Shown in pieces: positions 5,021-6,021 of a stretch of 6,021 nt of DNA (the stretch's first letter is position 1; every line of letters begins with the position of its first letter). Source of the DNA: a virus (lineage: Duplodnaviria > Heunggongvirae > Uroviricota > Caudoviricetes); the IMG/VR virus record IMGVR_UViG_2778261504_000009, positions 1 to 6,021 of that record; one strand, given 5' to 3'. The notes under the pieces were generated by a model. It was not told where the DNA came from and did not search any database. It was given only the letters and a program-made list of their open reading frames with translations. The position numbers and the translations under genes are program-made.

Positions 5021-6021
5021 CGTCCACCTCCGGAGAACAGGCCACCATCACGCATCTGTGTCTGAATTTCATCACGGGCACCCTTGCGGGCCATGTCATA
5101 CACTGCCTTCATCATCTGTGGACCTGGCAGACCATTCGTACCGTCGTTCTGAATCACCACGTGATTGTTCTGATTAAAATTAATGCCTTCAGCCCGCCGC
5201 ATCTGCGCCGGACTTCCGGCACCGCCCACATAACCACCTTCCGCATAGCCCCGCATCAGGCGGTACAGGTTGCCGACACCAATCCGGCTGGTTGCCTCCT
5301 TCGTGAAGACAAATTCACCACGGTGAACAATCCCCGCTGGCTCATATTTGCCGCCGGTTCCCGTAAATCCCCCGGTCGCGAAATGGAAGTTCGCCGCCGC
5401 AGCCTGAATGGCCGTCCCCGTGGAGGCAGACGCACCACCACCGAAAGCACCGCCAATGGCGCTGCCGATACTCCCGACTATCCCCACCATCGCCTGCTTC
5501 AGAAAAATCTCTGTCAGCATGGAGAGCACAGAACGGGTGAAACCACGCCAGTTCTGTTCGCTGCCGGTCAGCATCGCTGCCATATTCTGTGCAATACCGT
5601 CAAAGGTCTGCGTGGCCGCGCTTTTAACCTGCGAAAAACTGTCCGTCGCACTTTCCGCCCACTCGCCCCAGCCGGACTTCAGCCCGGCCATCCAGCTTCC
5701 ACGAAGCTGCTCCTCCGCAGACCAGGTGTTCTTCAGTGCAGATGTGGCCTTCGCCAGCGCAGCCGGATTATCACCGTACACGTCACGAAGGCGCTGCTCT
5801 TCCGACTCCCGCTGCGCCTGACGGTCGGTGAGGCCGCGGGCTTTTGCGCTGATGGCTGCCTGCTTCGCGCTCTGCTGCTGTTCAAACCGCGCCGCCTGCT
5901 GTGCCAGCTCATTCAGCCGTTTCTGGTGTTCAACCTTGTCGCCAAGCTCAGCCAGCTGGCGTTTGTACTCCAGCGTCTCTTTCTCATGGGTCAGCAGGGA
6001 TTTTTCCTGCTCAGATAACTG
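5017..6021 (-). CDS. H: Tail tape-measure protein H, C-terminal ~334 codons; 5' part lies beyond the window
   Basis: The frame is open from the window edge: reverse complement from 6021 reads QLSEQEKSLLTHEKETLEYKRQLAELGDKVEHQKRLNELAQQAARFEQQQSAKQAAISAKARGLTDRQAQRESEEQRLRDVYGDNPAALAKAT... and ends ...RDGGLFSGGGR, matching the lambda gpH C-terminus from memory. The ORF-track M at 5781 is an internal GTG (Val), not a start. Confidence 0.9.
   Translation of the reverse strand, partial: QLSEQEKSLLTHEKETLEYKRQLAELGDKVEHQKRLNELAQQAARFEQQQSAKQAAISAKARGLTDRQAQRESEEQRLRDVYGDNPAALAKATSALKNTWSAEEQLRGSWMAGLKSGWGEWAESATDSFSQVKSAATQTFDGIAQNMAAMLTGSEQNWRGFTRSVLSMLTEIFLKQAMVGIVGSIGSAIGGAFGGGASASTGTAIQAAAANFHFATGGFTGTGGKYEPAGIVHRGEFVFTKEATSRIGVGNLYRLMRGYAEGGYVGGAGSPAQMRRAEGINFNQNNHVVIQNDGTNGLPGPQMMKAVYDMARKGARDEIQTQMRDGGLFSGGGR

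Noticed and set aside
3903-6018. ORFs 3903..4793 (+), 4064..4252 (-), 4171..4368 (+), 4667..5065 (+), 4759..6018 (+, 419 aa), 5256..5456 (-) and 5408..5821 (+)
   Set aside because: These are antisense or off-frame to L, M and H, whose minus-strand translations match lambda tail proteins. The long 419-aa ORF is expected by chance in GC-rich antisense sequence and is Arg/Pro/Leu-rich.
1-6021. CRISPR arrays, tRNA or rRNA genes
   Set aside because: No regularly spaced repeats of CRISPR dimensions and no tRNA-like cloverleaf candidates were seen. The window is densely protein-coding apart from the 3479..3601 control region.

Overview
This window reads as a lambda-like tail gene block on the minus strand (H C-terminus, M, L, then K, I, J N-terminus) interrupted between L and K by an AT-rich insert of about 1.7 kb. 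The insert looks like a phage P22 immI-type antirepressor module: an Mnt-like repressor (+), a divergent control region, an Arc-like 55-aa repressor (-, absent from the ORF track) and an Ant-like antirepressor (-). It also carries a candidate sar-like antisense RNA over the ant ribosome-binding site and hairpin/U-tract terminators at both edges. All protein identifications are from reading translations against remembered lambda and P22 sequences; no database search was run. The plus-strand ORFs lying over the tail genes are judged to be antisense artefacts.
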